Positions 9,460 through 18,855 of a stretch of 64,000 bases of DNA are shown here, one piece after another. The first letter of the stretch is position 1, and every line of letters starts with the position of its first letter. Both the position numbers and the translations under genes were made by a program. The notes below the pieces were generated by a model. The model saw nothing but the letters and a program-made list of their open reading frames with translations, did no database searches and was not told the origin of the DNA. The stretch is taken from positions 3,678-67,677 of the forward strand of contig CAZEYT010000004.1 of the NCBI GenBank assembly GCA_964516295.1, written 5' to 3'. Source of the stretch: an uncultured Chthoniobacterales bacterium (GTDB taxonomy: Bacteria > Verrucomicrobiota > Verrucomicrobiia > Chthoniobacterales > Terrimicrobiaceae).

Positions 9460-11028
9460 TCACTCCGCAAAGAAATAGCTGCCGATGACGAACAGGGTGT
9501 TGGTGAGCGCGTGGAGGAGGATCGGCGGCCAGAGGCTTTGGTAACGGACGCGCAGCCACGAGAGCATCAGGCCGATCAAGGCGATTGGGATGGCGACATC
9601 AAGGCCATGGAGAAGGCCAAAAACCGCGGCCGTGATCAGACTGGCGATCAGCGGACGCAACCGCTGCCCCAGCCATCCCTGAAAAAATCCGCGGAAAACA
9701 ATTTCCTCCGAAAACGGGCCACAAATCCCGGCGATCACCACGATGCCGAGCAGGGAAAAGACATCGGCGCTTTGCAATAGGGACTTGATCGGCGCCTCCA
9801 GCGGTTTGCCGAGGAGTTTTTCATAGGCCCAGCCGTAACCAATGCAAAACAGCACGTAGACGCCAAACAGCAACACGCACCAGCCCACGATCTTCCCCCA
9901 GCTGGCAAACCCATCGCCATTGGGAGTTTTTGGTCTTTGGAAAAATCCCAGATCCCGCGGCCCGGTCGCGGCGAAGACCATCAGCAACACTGCCATAACC
10001 GCTGCCGGGACGCCAACGGGCATTGGAAACATTAAAAAGCCTGCAAAGCCCACCCCCCAGATGAGCCAAAGGACAATATGCCACCAGGAGAGCGCGCCGG
10101 ACCGCCGGTAGCGTGTGAGCAGAGGGGCCAGCAAAAGCTCGACACAGGCTAGGGCAATAATCGGCACCAGCCAGAGTTTGGTGGAGAAAATCCGTTCCTT
10201 GAGCAGATAGAAGGTGTCCGCCCGATCCACCACCCGGCCGCTTTTGGTGGCTGATTGGAACCGCGCCGCGACCACCCAGTAACGTTCGCTTTCGTCGAGC
10301 GCCGCAGATTCCTTGAGTTCGGTGGCAAGGGCGTATTGCTTTTCATTGTCCTTGCGCAGAATGAGGACTCCGAGCAGGCAAATTTTTGCGCGATGGCTAT
10401 CGGGTGTCGCCCGCAGCCAGGCCTCAGTGATCTGCGAGACATCTTCGATGACCGCGTCCTCTTTGGTGTTCAGCAGGTGGCCGCACCATTGGTTGGCGAA
10501 GTTTTGGACCGTTTTGGATTGTTCCGCATCCAGCTTCCCGGCGAGGGCCGCGAGCAGGGTTTCTTTGGCGGGTTCGCGGAGCGAATCGCGCAACGCGCGG
10601 TCGCCGGGCTCGCGCGTCTTGGCAAGGTGTCCCCATGCCGAATTCGCCGCCCACATCGACCACCAATCGCTAGCCTCCAGCAAAGCGCGGATCACCGGCA
10701 CGGCCTCGCGGGAAGCCGCTGGCTGATCCGGGGAGGAAACCCGTTCCCATGCGAGGTGCTGCGCGCCCTGCAATTTACCCGCCGTGATGGCGGGTTCGAC
10801 CAGCCTGCGCGCCTCGACCGCATCGCGGGGTGTCCCCAGCCCGTAAAGCGTGAGAATTCCAAGGTCGTGGTTGCTGGCGGTGTCGCCTTGTTCGCGCAAC
10901 TGGGCGGCAATCCACGCAAAACGCTCGTCGTCGCTCGCCAGCCGCTCGTAGTCCGCTGCCAGCGCTGGCGGCACAAAAAACGTAAATCTCAGGTCATTGG
11001 CACCGCCTTCGATCCGTTTGAGATGCAA
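9460..11028 (-). CDS. CPBP-family intramembrane glutamic endopeptidase (CAAX protease/Abi family) with an N-terminal Sel1-like repeat region
   Basis: The C-terminal motifs are FSEEIVFRGF, FGLLHG and LLHALTNT. The N-terminal part contains LGILTLYGLGTPRDAVEARRL, a Sel1-like repeat. The listed start is a TTG. A signal-peptide-like ORF (10989-11177) lies upstream in a different frame. Confidence 0.8.
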   Translation of the reverse strand: MHLKRIEGGANDLRFTFFVPPALAADYERLASDDERFAWIAAQLREQGDTASNHDLGILTLYGLGTPRDAVEARRLVEPAITAGKLQGAQHLAWERVSSPDQPAASREAVPVIRALLEASDWWSMWAANSAWGHLAKTREPGDRALRDSLREPAKETLLAALAGKLDAEQSKTVQNFANQWCGHLLNTKEDAVIEDVSQITEAWLRATPDSHRAKICLLGVLILRKDNEKQYALATELKESAALDESERYWVVAARFQSATKSGRVVDRADTFYLLKERIFSTKLWLVPIIALACVELLLAPLLTRYRRSGALSWWHIVLWLIWGVGFAGFLMFPMPVGVPAAVMAVLLMVFAATGPRDLGFFQRPKTPNGDGFASWGKIVGWCVLLFGVYVLFCIGYGWAYEKLLGKPLEAPIKSLLQSADVFSLLGIVVIAGICGPFSEEIVFRGFFQGWLGQRLRPLIASLITAAVFGLLHGLDVAIPIALIGLMLSWLRVRYQSLWPPILLHALTNTLFVIGSYFFAE

Positions 11029-11345
11029 GGGTCGCCGCGTCCGGTCTCGGCGGATTTGGCCAGGCGCAGGATGGGAGCAGCGGCGGTTTCGGCCGGGTTG
11101 TCACTTTCCGCGCGAAGGTCGGCCACGCAGAGGAAGACAAATAGTGCCGGGAGGATGGAAAGGATGCGGAAAATCACTTGGAACTGGAAGTCCCCCGAAA
11201 AATGGAGCGGTTAAGCGCAACTTAGTTTAGGTTTTTGTCCTGGGTTATGAAGTGGATTTGGAGGTAATCGAAGGGCGAAATGGAACCGACGGCAGAGTGG
11301 CGACGGCGGCGGTTGTAGGAGGTCTCGACGAGGTAGAAAATCGCG

Positions 11346-11417
11346 AGGCGAGGGTCGGAATCGAACCGACGCATAGAGCTTTTGCAGAGCTCTGCCTTAC
11401 CACTTGGCTACCCCGCC
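11346..11417 (-). tRNA. tRNA-Cys (anticodon GCA)
   Basis: The reverse complement folds as a cloverleaf. The acceptor stem is GGCGGGG/CCTCGCC (one G-U), the D arm is GCC..GGC, the anticodon stem is GAGCT/AGCTC with loop CTGCAAA, and the T arm is GTCGG-TTCGATT-CCGAC. CCA is not encoded. Confidence 0.9.
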
Positions 11418-11438
11418 GCGAAAGACCGCAGGAGCGAG

Positions 11439-12197
11439 TTAATACACGTTAATGGGGGGAATGACAACTGATACTTGCCCTCCGGTGGTGGTTCCTTCGG
11501 ATTGATCGAGGGTTTCAACGACGTCGTCGCGGAAAGTGACGGTGAGCGTGCCGACGGGGACCTTGATGTAAATGGTCGATGCTGCGTAGCCGGGGGTGTT
11601 TTGGATGAGGGCTCCGCCGGGGAGTTTGTCGCCGGGTTTGAACTGGATGACGGTCTGGTTGTTAACCGGGACGTAGGTGGTCTGGGGGACGAGTTCGTAT
11701 TTCACGTATTCCCAAACCTGCTGGATGCCTTCTTTGCTGGCGCGTTGGGTGCGTTTCTGGGGTTTGCCGAGGCTGCGGGAGACTTCGTCGAGGGTCATGC
11801 CAAGGGCGACTTCGTTGCGGGAAATGAGGGCCTCGACCTCGATGCGCCGTTTCTCGGCCTTGGCGAGATTGGCGGCAAAGCCCTCGGGAAGCGGTTCCAA
11901 AAATTGCGGATTCACCCAGGCGGCAACACCGCCCTGCTGGGCATTGCCGCGGATGCGGAGAAGACCGTCAGCAGACAGGGCCTCAGCTTGGATCGTCTGG
12001 GGGAAGCGGAGCGTCCCGGCGTAACGGGTCTGGGCGGTGTCGAAATAAACCGGAGCCGCCTCATTGAGCTTGAGGCGGAGCGGCTTCAGGTCGAAATCCG
12101 AAAAATAAATGGCGCCGGGTTCGCGGATGATCGGGGAGGCCGCGGCCGTGGATACGAGGGCAAGCGCGAGCAGGACCGGGCGGAGGAAAGCACGCAT
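11439..12197 (-). CDS. hypothetical secreted protein with a BamE/SmpA-OmlA-like segment
   Basis: The signal peptide is MRAFLRPVLLALALVSTAAAS (ATG at 12197). The segment GMTLDEVSRSLGKPQKR resembles the SmpA/OmlA fold motif. Confidence 0.6.
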   Translation of the reverse strand: MRAFLRPVLLALALVSTAAASPIIREPGAIYFSDFDLKPLRLKLNEAAPVYFDTAQTRYAGTLRFPQTIQAEALSADGLLRIRGNAQQGGVAAWVNPQFLEPLPEGFAANLAKAEKRRIEVEALISRNEVALGMTLDEVSRSLGKPQKRTQRASKEGIQQVWEYVKYELVPQTTYVPVNNQTVIQFKPGDKLPGGALIQNTPGYAASTIYIKVPVGTLTVTFRDDVVETLDQSEGTTTGGQVSVVIPPINVY

Positions 12198-12307
12198 GAA
12201 GAAAACGTCGCAGAGACCGACCAAAAAGACAAATCGGAACCGCAGGCTCCGATTGCCGTTGAACATCCCCCACCCCGCCGTGTCTAATCGGCTTCAGTTT
12301 CAAAATT

Positions 12308-12706
12308 ATGTCGAGCATTCAAGAATACGTGGTTCAGGGCGGGCAGGCCATCACGGCTGGAGACGTGGACGCATTCCGCCGCCAGCTGGCCGTTTACAAA
12401 CTCAAAGCGGAAACGCTGGAAGCGGCCGGACAGTCCCAACTCCGCGAGCAAACGTCTTTTCTGCTTCGCTATGTCGAGGACGTGCTCGACGACGTCTATG
12501 TGCCGGGAGATTTTGCCGCCCTTCCGGAGGCGATTTTTGCCGTACGGTATCTGGCGAAGGGAGTGGACATCATCCCCGACTCGGTGGCCGGTGGCTACAG
12601 CGACGATCAGGCCGTCGTGCGGGCGGTGCTCGACGGACATGCGGCGGAATTTGAGGCCTACGCGGTGAAAAACGGCCTCGATTTTGCCAGCGTGATCAAA
12701 CGGTAG
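12308..12706 (+). CDS. hypothetical protein with a DUF1232/YkvA-like motif
   Basis: It is a 132-aa ORF with coding-like composition. DIIPDSVAGGYSDDQAVV resembles the DxIPDxxPxxGxxDD motif. Confidence 0.5.
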   Translation: MSSIQEYVVQGGQAITAGDVDAFRRQLAVYKLKAETLEAAGQSQLREQTSFLLRYVEDVLDDVYVPGDFAALPEAIFAVRYLAKGVDIIPDSVAGGYSDDQAVVRAVLDGHAAEFEAYAVKNGLDFASVIKR

Positions 12707-12744
12707 GCTTGTCAGGCGGGCGCGGGCGGTTCAGGAATACCGTC

Positions 12745-13419
12745 ATGCGCGGACTTCTCTTTGTCTCGGCGGCGACCCTGTTACTGACGGCCTGCGGACG
12801 GCCGCCGACGGGGTCGGAACAGGCGCTCAGTCCCATCCCGACACCGACGGCGACGCCGGAGCCGGGATTTGTGGGTGTCGCGGAACCGAGCCCGGCCATC
12901 CCGGCATCCGAGCTCATCATCGAAGCGGTTACCACGCCGGAGATGATCAACCTCGACGCGGCAGATGCCGAGAATCGCGCGGTGAAGATCGAAGTGCTCG
13001 ACCGAATCGACCGGATGCCGAACTTGTCCGAAGATGAGCGGGACAAGCTTTACGTCCAGGTCGAGCGGGCGCGCGGCATGGGAAAAGTGATCACGATTCC
13101 TTTTGCATCCGGCGGCCGGAACGTCGTGCCGACATTCGTGTCGGAGGTCGTCAAAGCGGTCCAGAAACCTCAGATCCAAAAGTTTCTCGAGGATCCCACG
13201 GTGGTCTTCGTGGTTCTTGGCTATGCGGACAAAAAGGGGCGAAGCGATGTGAACCAGGAAATCTCCCTCGCCCGCGCAGAGGCGGTGGTCGATGTGCTCA
13301 AGGAGCGGGCCGGCGTGAAAAACGTCGTGCATGCCGTGGGCATGGGAAGTTCGGATCTTTTTGATGCCGCGAAGCTCGACAAGAACCGGGTCGTTGAGGT
13401 CTGGGCCGTTCTGCCTTGA
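12745..13419 (+). CDS. OmpA-family lipoprotein
   Basis: The lipobox is LLLTAC after MRGLLFVSAATL. The C-terminal OmpA-like peptidoglycan-binding pattern is VVLGYADKKGRSDVNQEISLARAEAV...NRVVEV. Confidence 0.8.
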   Translation: MRGLLFVSAATLLLTACGRPPTGSEQALSPIPTPTATPEPGFVGVAEPSPAIPASELIIEAVTTPEMINLDAADAENRAVKIEVLDRIDRMPNLSEDERDKLYVQVERARGMGKVITIPFASGGRNVVPTFVSEVVKAVQKPQIQKFLEDPTVVFVVLGYADKKGRSDVNQEISLARAEAVVDVLKERAGVKNVVHAVGMGSSDLFDAAKLDKNRVVEVWAVLP

Positions 13420-15314
13420 GCCCGGAACCCGCCACGGTCGCCGGGATCGAGCCCGTGGTGCTGCGGGATGGCTGGGTCTTCGGGCGTGGCGCGGAGGCGG
13501 ATACCGTTCTTCCTCATCCGTCGGTATCGCGCCGTCATGCGGTGATCCGAGCAAAAGACGGCGGCTGGGCGGTCGAGGACGCCGGGAGCCGGAGTGGCAC
13601 GTATTGGAATGGCCGGCTTTTCCAGAGCGAGCAACTCGTCCTCGGGGATATTGTTCAGATCGGACCGTTTGCGTTTCGTTTCGACGGACTCCGCCTCGTC
13701 GAGACGAGTGGCGTCACCGGAGCGTGTATTGAAGCCTGGCATCTCATAAAATCGGTCGGCTCCCAGCGCCTGCTTGACGATATCTCCTTGCGGATCACAC
13801 CTTGTCAGTTTGTCGGTGTCATCGGGCCGAGTGGTGCGGGAAAATCCACGCTTTTGGATGCGCTGTGCGGGCTGCGGCCGGCGGACACCGGAGAGGTGCG
13901 TCTCGACGGTGTGGATCTGCTCCGGAACTACGATGCGCTGCGGGAAAATCTGGGCTATGTGCCGCAGGACGACATTGTGCCGCCGGAGCTGACGGTCTCC
14001 GACGCGTTGTTCTATAGCGCGCGATTGCGCTTGCCGGCAGGGACGCCACTTTTGGAAATTCGCCGATTGGTGGCGCGGACGATTGCCTCACTCGGACTCG
14101 CCGAACGGGATCGAACGGCCGTCGCCAAATTGTCCGGCGGTCAGCGGAAACGGGTGAGCGTGGGGGCGGAATTGCTCGGACGGCCGCGGCTTTTGTTTTT
14201 GGACGAGCCCACATCCGGCCTGGACCCGGCGGCGGAGTTTCGTTTGATGGAATCGCTGCGAAATCTGGCCTCCGGCGGCTGCACGGTCGTGTGTACGACC
14301 CACGTCATGGAGAACGCCCACCTGATGGACAGGCTGCTGGTCTTGAGCAGCGGGCGTCTGGTTTACGACGGACCGCCATCCGGCGCGTGCCGTGCCTTCG
14401 GCGTGCAGCGGTTGCCGGAAGTTTATGAAAGGTTGGAGGGAGTGCCGGCTTTGCCCGGGCCGGTGTCGGATCCCCCGGCGGCATCCGAGGCCCCACAGAC
14501 CCGGCGGCGGCGGGCCGCAGCGCTGCCGATCCTGTTGCTGCGGCAATGGGCGATCCTGCGGGCGGATGTGCGGAATCTTTTGCTCGTGCTTGGCCAGCCG
14601 GTGGCGATCGGAGCCATGGTCACGTGGGTAACGTCGGATGCGTCGCTGATTTTGTTTTTCGCGATGATCTCGACACTGTGGTTCGGCTGTGGAAATGCCG
14701 CGCAGGAAATCGTGAAAGAACTGCCAATGTTCCGGCGGGAACGTCTCATCGGGCTCGGGCGGCACGAGTATTTGCTGGCCAAGTTTCTTTCGTTGGCACG
14801 GATCACGACGGTGCAGAGCCTGCTCCTCTACGGCGTTTTGCAATGGGGCTGCGGCGGGATCGGCGGATCGGTGGGCTGGCAAGTCGCGGCACTGGTGTCC
14901 ACCTCGTTCGCTGCGGTGGGGATGGGACTGGCGATCTCGGCGTTCTCCAAATCCATCTTGCAGGCCGTGATGTTGGTGCCGCTGGTCTTGATTCCGCAGA
15001 TCCTCTTCTCGGGATTCACTCCGCCCGCGGGAGACATGAAAGACGGTCCGTACGTGGTCTCACGCCTGATGCCGAGTGCGGCGATCCAAGCGGTGATGGA
15101 TGTGAGTTTGTTTTGGAATCGGGAGATCCGCGGCTCGATGCGCGTGGATTTTCCGACGGCCTTCGCCAATCTGAACCGCGACCGGAGTCTGAAAAACGGG
15201 CAGGTTTTTTGTCAGGCGAAACCCGCGTGGGTGGGGCTGGGAACGCTGGGGGCGTGGACGCTGGCGACTTATGCCGCGGCCTGGTTCGGGCTGCGCGGGC
15301 GGGAGCGCGGGTGA
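13416..15314 (+). CDS. FHA domain - ABC ATPase - ABC-2 permease single-chain transporter (ABCG-like half transporter)
   Basis: The N-terminal FHA pattern is GRG...VSRRHAVI...GSRSGTYWNG. Walker A is GPSGAGKST, the signature is LSGGQRKRV and Walker B is LLFLDEPTSGLD. A C-terminal ~250-aa multi-TM ABC-2 region follows. The start is a TTG overlapping the upstream TGA. Confidence 0.85.
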   Translation: MSPEPATVAGIEPVVLRDGWVFGRGAEADTVLPHPSVSRRHAVIRAKDGGWAVEDAGSRSGTYWNGRLFQSEQLVLGDIVQIGPFAFRFDGLRLVETSGVTGACIEAWHLIKSVGSQRLLDDISLRITPCQFVGVIGPSGAGKSTLLDALCGLRPADTGEVRLDGVDLLRNYDALRENLGYVPQDDIVPPELTVSDALFYSARLRLPAGTPLLEIRRLVARTIASLGLAERDRTAVAKLSGGQRKRVSVGAELLGRPRLLFLDEPTSGLDPAAEFRLMESLRNLASGGCTVVCTTHVMENAHLMDRLLVLSSGRLVYDGPPSGACRAFGVQRLPEVYERLEGVPALPGPVSDPPAASEAPQTRRRRAAALPILLLRQWAILRADVRNLLLVLGQPVAIGAMVTWVTSDASLILFFAMISTLWFGCGNAAQEIVKELPMFRRERLIGLGRHEYLLAKFLSLARITTVQSLLLYGVLQWGCGGIGGSVGWQVAALVSTSFAAVGMGLAISAFSKSILQAVMLVPLVLIPQILFSGFTPPAGDMKDGPYVVSRLMPSAAIQAVMDVSLFWNREIRGSMRVDFPTAFANLNRDRSLKNGQVFCQAKPAWVGLGTLGAWTLATYAAAWFGLRGRERG

Positions 15315-15317
15315 GCG

Positions 15318-17450
15318 TTACTGAATCAGGCGCTCGAGGGAGGGGTCCGGCGGGGCTCCGTGGGACGTGGCTTTTTGGTAATGTTGCCGCGCGAGCTCCA
15401 TGGACGGCGGCTCGGTGGTCGCATAGAGGACGGCGAGATTGAAGTGGGCGTCGGCGTAGTCGTCGCGGATCTCGATACTGCGGCGGAAGTGTTGTTCGGC
15501 CTCGGCTTTGCGGCCTTTCTCGCCCAGGCAGACGGCGAGGTAATTGTGGGCGATATGGTCTTTCTCGTCGACGGCAATGGCCTCGGTGAGCGAGGCGATA
15601 GCGTCGTCGAAGCGTCCCTGCTTGCAGAAAACGATGCCGAGGTTGGTCGCGGCGAAAGAATCTTTCGGATTGATGGAGACGGCTTTTTTGAGTGCAACCT
15701 CGGCGGCGGAAAGCTTGCGTGCCTGGATCTGGGTCACGCCAAGATTGGAGAGGGCAAAATAGTTCTCCGGGGCGTATTCGACAATCTGCTGGTAGAGTTT
15801 CTCGGCATCATTGTAACGCCCGAGGTCAAAGAGGCGGCGGGCTTCCTCGACGAGTTCGCGGGTGGCCTCGGGAAGGCTCTCGGCTCCTTGCGGCGGCGGG
15901 GGTTCTTCCCCGACTTTGGCAACGGCGAGCGAGACTTCGAGCGTCTCGGGATTGGGTTCGGCGAGAAGGGCGACCGGTTCGCGGAAGATCTCCTGCTCGG
16001 GTTCGGTGAGTTGAAAAGCGGGCTTGGCGAGGATGCCGAGTTGCTGCGCGATGGTGTCGGACTTGAGTTGAAGCGCCTGGAGTTCTTTTTCCAGAGCAAC
16101 GCGGGCGGCGTCGCGTTCGGTCTGTTCCTTGATCTGGCGGAGAATGATGCCACGGAGGACTTCGTTCTCGGCGATGACGCGCTTGTCCTCGGCGGTGGGA
16201 TCCGGATTGAGCTTGAGTCGGGCCAGGTCGCCTGCGGATTCATCGAGCTGGGCCGCCAGGGTCTTGATCTGCTCGTCGCGACTGGCAATTTGCGCCTGGG
16301 CTTCGAGGAGGCGGTCGTTGAGCGAGTTGATCTCGCTCCGGAGCGCGATGAGGGCTGTTTCGTTTTCCTCGGGCTTTTTGAGGGCCTCCGCAAGCTTTTG
16401 GTCGGCCTCGGCGAGGCGTTCGGCGAGTTGCTTGTTCTCGGCGGTGAGTTTTTCCAACTGCTCGGAATTGGTGGCTTTGGCGAGTTGGGCTTGGAGGTCT
16501 TTTTTCTCCTTGGCGAAGGTTTTTTCGAGCTCGGCTTTCTCTGACGCGAGTTTTTCCAAAGCCGCAGTATTGTCCTTGATCCGCTTCGTGCGGGCAATGG
16601 CCTCGTCGCGCTGTTGGGCGACTTTCTTGCGGTCGCTGTCGAGAACTTTCCGGGCGGAGTCCGAGGCTTCGATGTATTTGGCAGCGGTCTCGAGTTTGGC
16701 GAGAAGGCGTTCGTTTTCTTCAATAAGAACCGCATTGTCGGCCTCGATGGCGAGCATGCGATCGTTCAGTTCCTTGAGGCGCGGGTCCTCTCCCGCGGGG
16801 CGGATCGCCGCGAGATCGCGGGCGGCATTTTCGTAGGCGTCCTGCGCTTGGGCGAGCTGGGCTTTGAGTTCGACCACGTTGACCTTGATGCGATCGACTT
16901 CGACACGGGCGCTTTTGAGTTCGGCCTGAAGGCGTTCATTTTCGCGGCGGGCATCGGCGAGCTGACGACGGAGTGTGGCGGCTTCGGACGAACCGCCTGG
17001 AGGAACCGGTGGCGGAGGCGCGGCCGTCCTGCGCGGAGGAGTCTGGGTCCGGTCGCCTTCCAGGGGCGTGGAGGTGTTGATGACCGGCGGCGGGAGATTC
17101 AGGGAGGGCTCGGCTTGGGGCAATGGCCCCTCCGGCCCGACATCGGCGACCGGGAGCCGCGCGACGTCCATACTAAGACGGTCTATATTCTCCCGCGTCT
17201 TTTTCAGACGATACTCGACGACCGCCGGCTGCCAGGTAGCGAAGGCCCGATTGACCTGTTCGAGGAGTTTCGCGGCATTGTTGTAGCGGGCGAGCGCCTC
17301 GCGCGGATTCGCATCGCGCTCGAGTTTCTCGCCCGCCTGAAAATCCTGATACGCGCGCAGAAACAAATCCGAGGCATCCTGAGCCGAAGCCAGAGCGGCC
17401 AGCGCCAAGATGCCGACGGCAGCGATGACCATGCGGCGGAGGATTTTCAT
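15318..17450 (-). CDS. secreted TPR-repeat protein with a long central coiled coil
   Basis: It has a signal peptide (MKILRRMVIAAVGILALAALASA), a Pro-rich linker, ~300 aa of heptad-like E/K/L/A-rich sequence, and C-terminal TPR repeats (AEKLYQQIVEYAPENYFALSNLG...). Confidence 0.8.
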   Translation of the reverse strand: MKILRRMVIAAVGILALAALASAQDASDLFLRAYQDFQAGEKLERDANPREALARYNNAAKLLEQVNRAFATWQPAVVEYRLKKTRENIDRLSMDVARLPVADVGPEGPLPQAEPSLNLPPPVINTSTPLEGDRTQTPPRRTAAPPPPVPPGGSSEAATLRRQLADARRENERLQAELKSARVEVDRIKVNVVELKAQLAQAQDAYENAARDLAAIRPAGEDPRLKELNDRMLAIEADNAVLIEENERLLAKLETAAKYIEASDSARKVLDSDRKKVAQQRDEAIARTKRIKDNTAALEKLASEKAELEKTFAKEKKDLQAQLAKATNSEQLEKLTAENKQLAERLAEADQKLAEALKKPEENETALIALRSEINSLNDRLLEAQAQIASRDEQIKTLAAQLDESAGDLARLKLNPDPTAEDKRVIAENEVLRGIILRQIKEQTERDAARVALEKELQALQLKSDTIAQQLGILAKPAFQLTEPEQEIFREPVALLAEPNPETLEVSLAVAKVGEEPPPPQGAESLPEATRELVEEARRLFDLGRYNDAEKLYQQIVEYAPENYFALSNLGVTQIQARKLSAAEVALKKAVSINPKDSFAATNLGIVFCKQGRFDDAIASLTEAIAVDEKDHIAHNYLAVCLGEKGRKAEAEQHFRRSIEIRDDYADAHFNLAVLYATTEPPSMELARQHYQKATSHGAPPDPSLERLIQ

Positions 17451-17542
17451 CGAAAGAGCTGTATATCATGCTTCATCCGGACGAAGACATCAACTCGAAT
17501 TCCGTGCGTGACGCAGCTGGGACGCGCGGGCAGATTTCGGCC

Positions 17543-17956
17543 ATGAAATATCCCAAATCGCCCCGCGAGACGACCGGCGGCATCGTTTACTTCGGTCGCA
17601 TGGTCGAAAAAATCCGCTTCATGAACGCCGGAGAGCTTCACCCGGACCTGCATGCCAACCTTGGCCAGGGCTTCGATGAGCGGTGCACAAGTTTTCTGCG
17701 GATCGGTTACGACGATTTGAAGGCCAAGGTGGCCGAAGGCTTGGACGACGACGCGTTGCTGGCCTGGGCCTTCGAAGCGGGTCGGAGACCTTCCGACGAG
17801 GAAATCGAGATTTGGAACGACTTTATGAGCAAACGCGGCTGGAACGACGCCGTGACACCGACTTTGGAGCGGCGGAAAAAAGAAAGCGGATTCGAAGCCC
17901 GCGACGAAATCCGGACGATGTTTGATTACATCGATGCGGACGAGGGGCGCCTCTGA
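17543..17956 (+). CDS. DUF5069-like protein
   Basis: MKYPKSPRETTGGIVYFGRMVEKIR...LGQGFDERC matches my recollection of the DUF5069 family. The start was placed at the internal ATG at 17543. Confidence 0.65.
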   Translation: MKYPKSPRETTGGIVYFGRMVEKIRFMNAGELHPDLHANLGQGFDERCTSFLRIGYDDLKAKVAEGLDDDALLAWAFEAGRRPSDEEIEIWNDFMSKRGWNDAVTPTLERRKKESGFEARDEIRTMFDYIDADEGRL

Positions 17957-18036
17957 TCGGGCGTGCCAGGGAAAGTTTTCGGTTGTGTTCGCGGGAGCGG
18001 GGGCGTTCAATGAACTTCTCTCTCACGTCGTAAAAA

Positions 18037-18243
18037 ATGGATACCATTCTCGAATCGCGCGAACTGCAAATCGAGCGCAAGCACTTCTTCATCGAATTCC
18101 GCGAAAATGACCGCGGACGCTTCCTCCGTATTACGGAAGAAGCCCACGGCCGCCGGAATACGGTGATTATTCCGAGCACCGGGCTCGAAGACTTCGAGCG
18201 CCTTCTCAATGAGGTGCTCGCCTCTGCGCCGCAGAACGCCTGA
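18037..18243 (+). CDS. PUR-alpha-like (DUF3276) single-repeat ssDNA/RNA-binding protein
   Basis: LESRELQIERKHFFIEFRENDRGRFLRITEEAHGRRNTVIIPSTGLEDF is a textbook PUR repeat pattern. Confidence 0.7.
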   Translation: MDTILESRELQIERKHFFIEFRENDRGRFLRITEEAHGRRNTVIIPSTGLEDFERLLNEVLASAPQNA

Positions 18244-18246
18244 GTC

Positions 18247-18813
18247 TTACTTGCTGCCCGGCTTCACGGCCGGAATGTCACGCAGGTCGTCGGGGACATT
18301 TGTCGCCTCGAATGTTTCGACCTGCATTTGCACGAGCGAAACAAAAGGACATCCGAAATCCGGCAGACGGCCGCTGCTTCGGTCCACGATCGACCCGGCC
18401 GCCGCAACGATGCCGCCGTGGTCGCGGACGATCTGAATCGTTTCCTGCACCCGCCCGCCGCGGGTGACGACATCCTCGGCGACAAGAAACCGTTCGCCCG
18501 GCTGGATCTCAAAACCGCGCCGGAGGACGAGCCCGCCATTGCCATCTTTCTCCGCAAAAATGTGACGCTTCCCAAGATGGCGCGCCACTTCCTGCCCGAC
18601 GATTATTCCGCCGACGGCCGGGGAAATGACCGTTGAAGCCTCATACGCAGCCAGCCGGTCCGCCAGCCATCCGCAGACTTTCGCAGCGATGGTGGCATCC
18701 TGCAGGAGGAGCGCGCATTGGAAAAACTCGCGGCTGTGGAGACCGCTTCGAAGAATGAAATGTCCGTGGAGGAGCGCGCCGGTCTGGCGAAAAAGGTCGA
18801 GAACTTCGGTCAT
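18247..18813 (-). CDS. pyrE: orotate phosphoribosyltransferase
   Basis: Diagnostic motifs are GALLHGHFILRSGLHS and the PRPP-binding loop FLVAEDVVTRGG. The length of 188 aa is typical. Confidence 0.9.
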   Translation of the reverse strand: MTEVLDLFRQTGALLHGHFILRSGLHSREFFQCALLLQDATIAAKVCGWLADRLAAYEASTVISPAVGGIIVGQEVARHLGKRHIFAEKDGNGGLVLRRGFEIQPGERFLVAEDVVTRGGRVQETIQIVRDHGGIVAAAGSIVDRSSGRLPDFGCPFVSLVQMQVETFEATNVPDDLRDIPAVKPGSK

Positions 18814-18855
18814 GCGCGAGGATGTATCAGAGAGACCGCGCGACGTGCGAACTTT

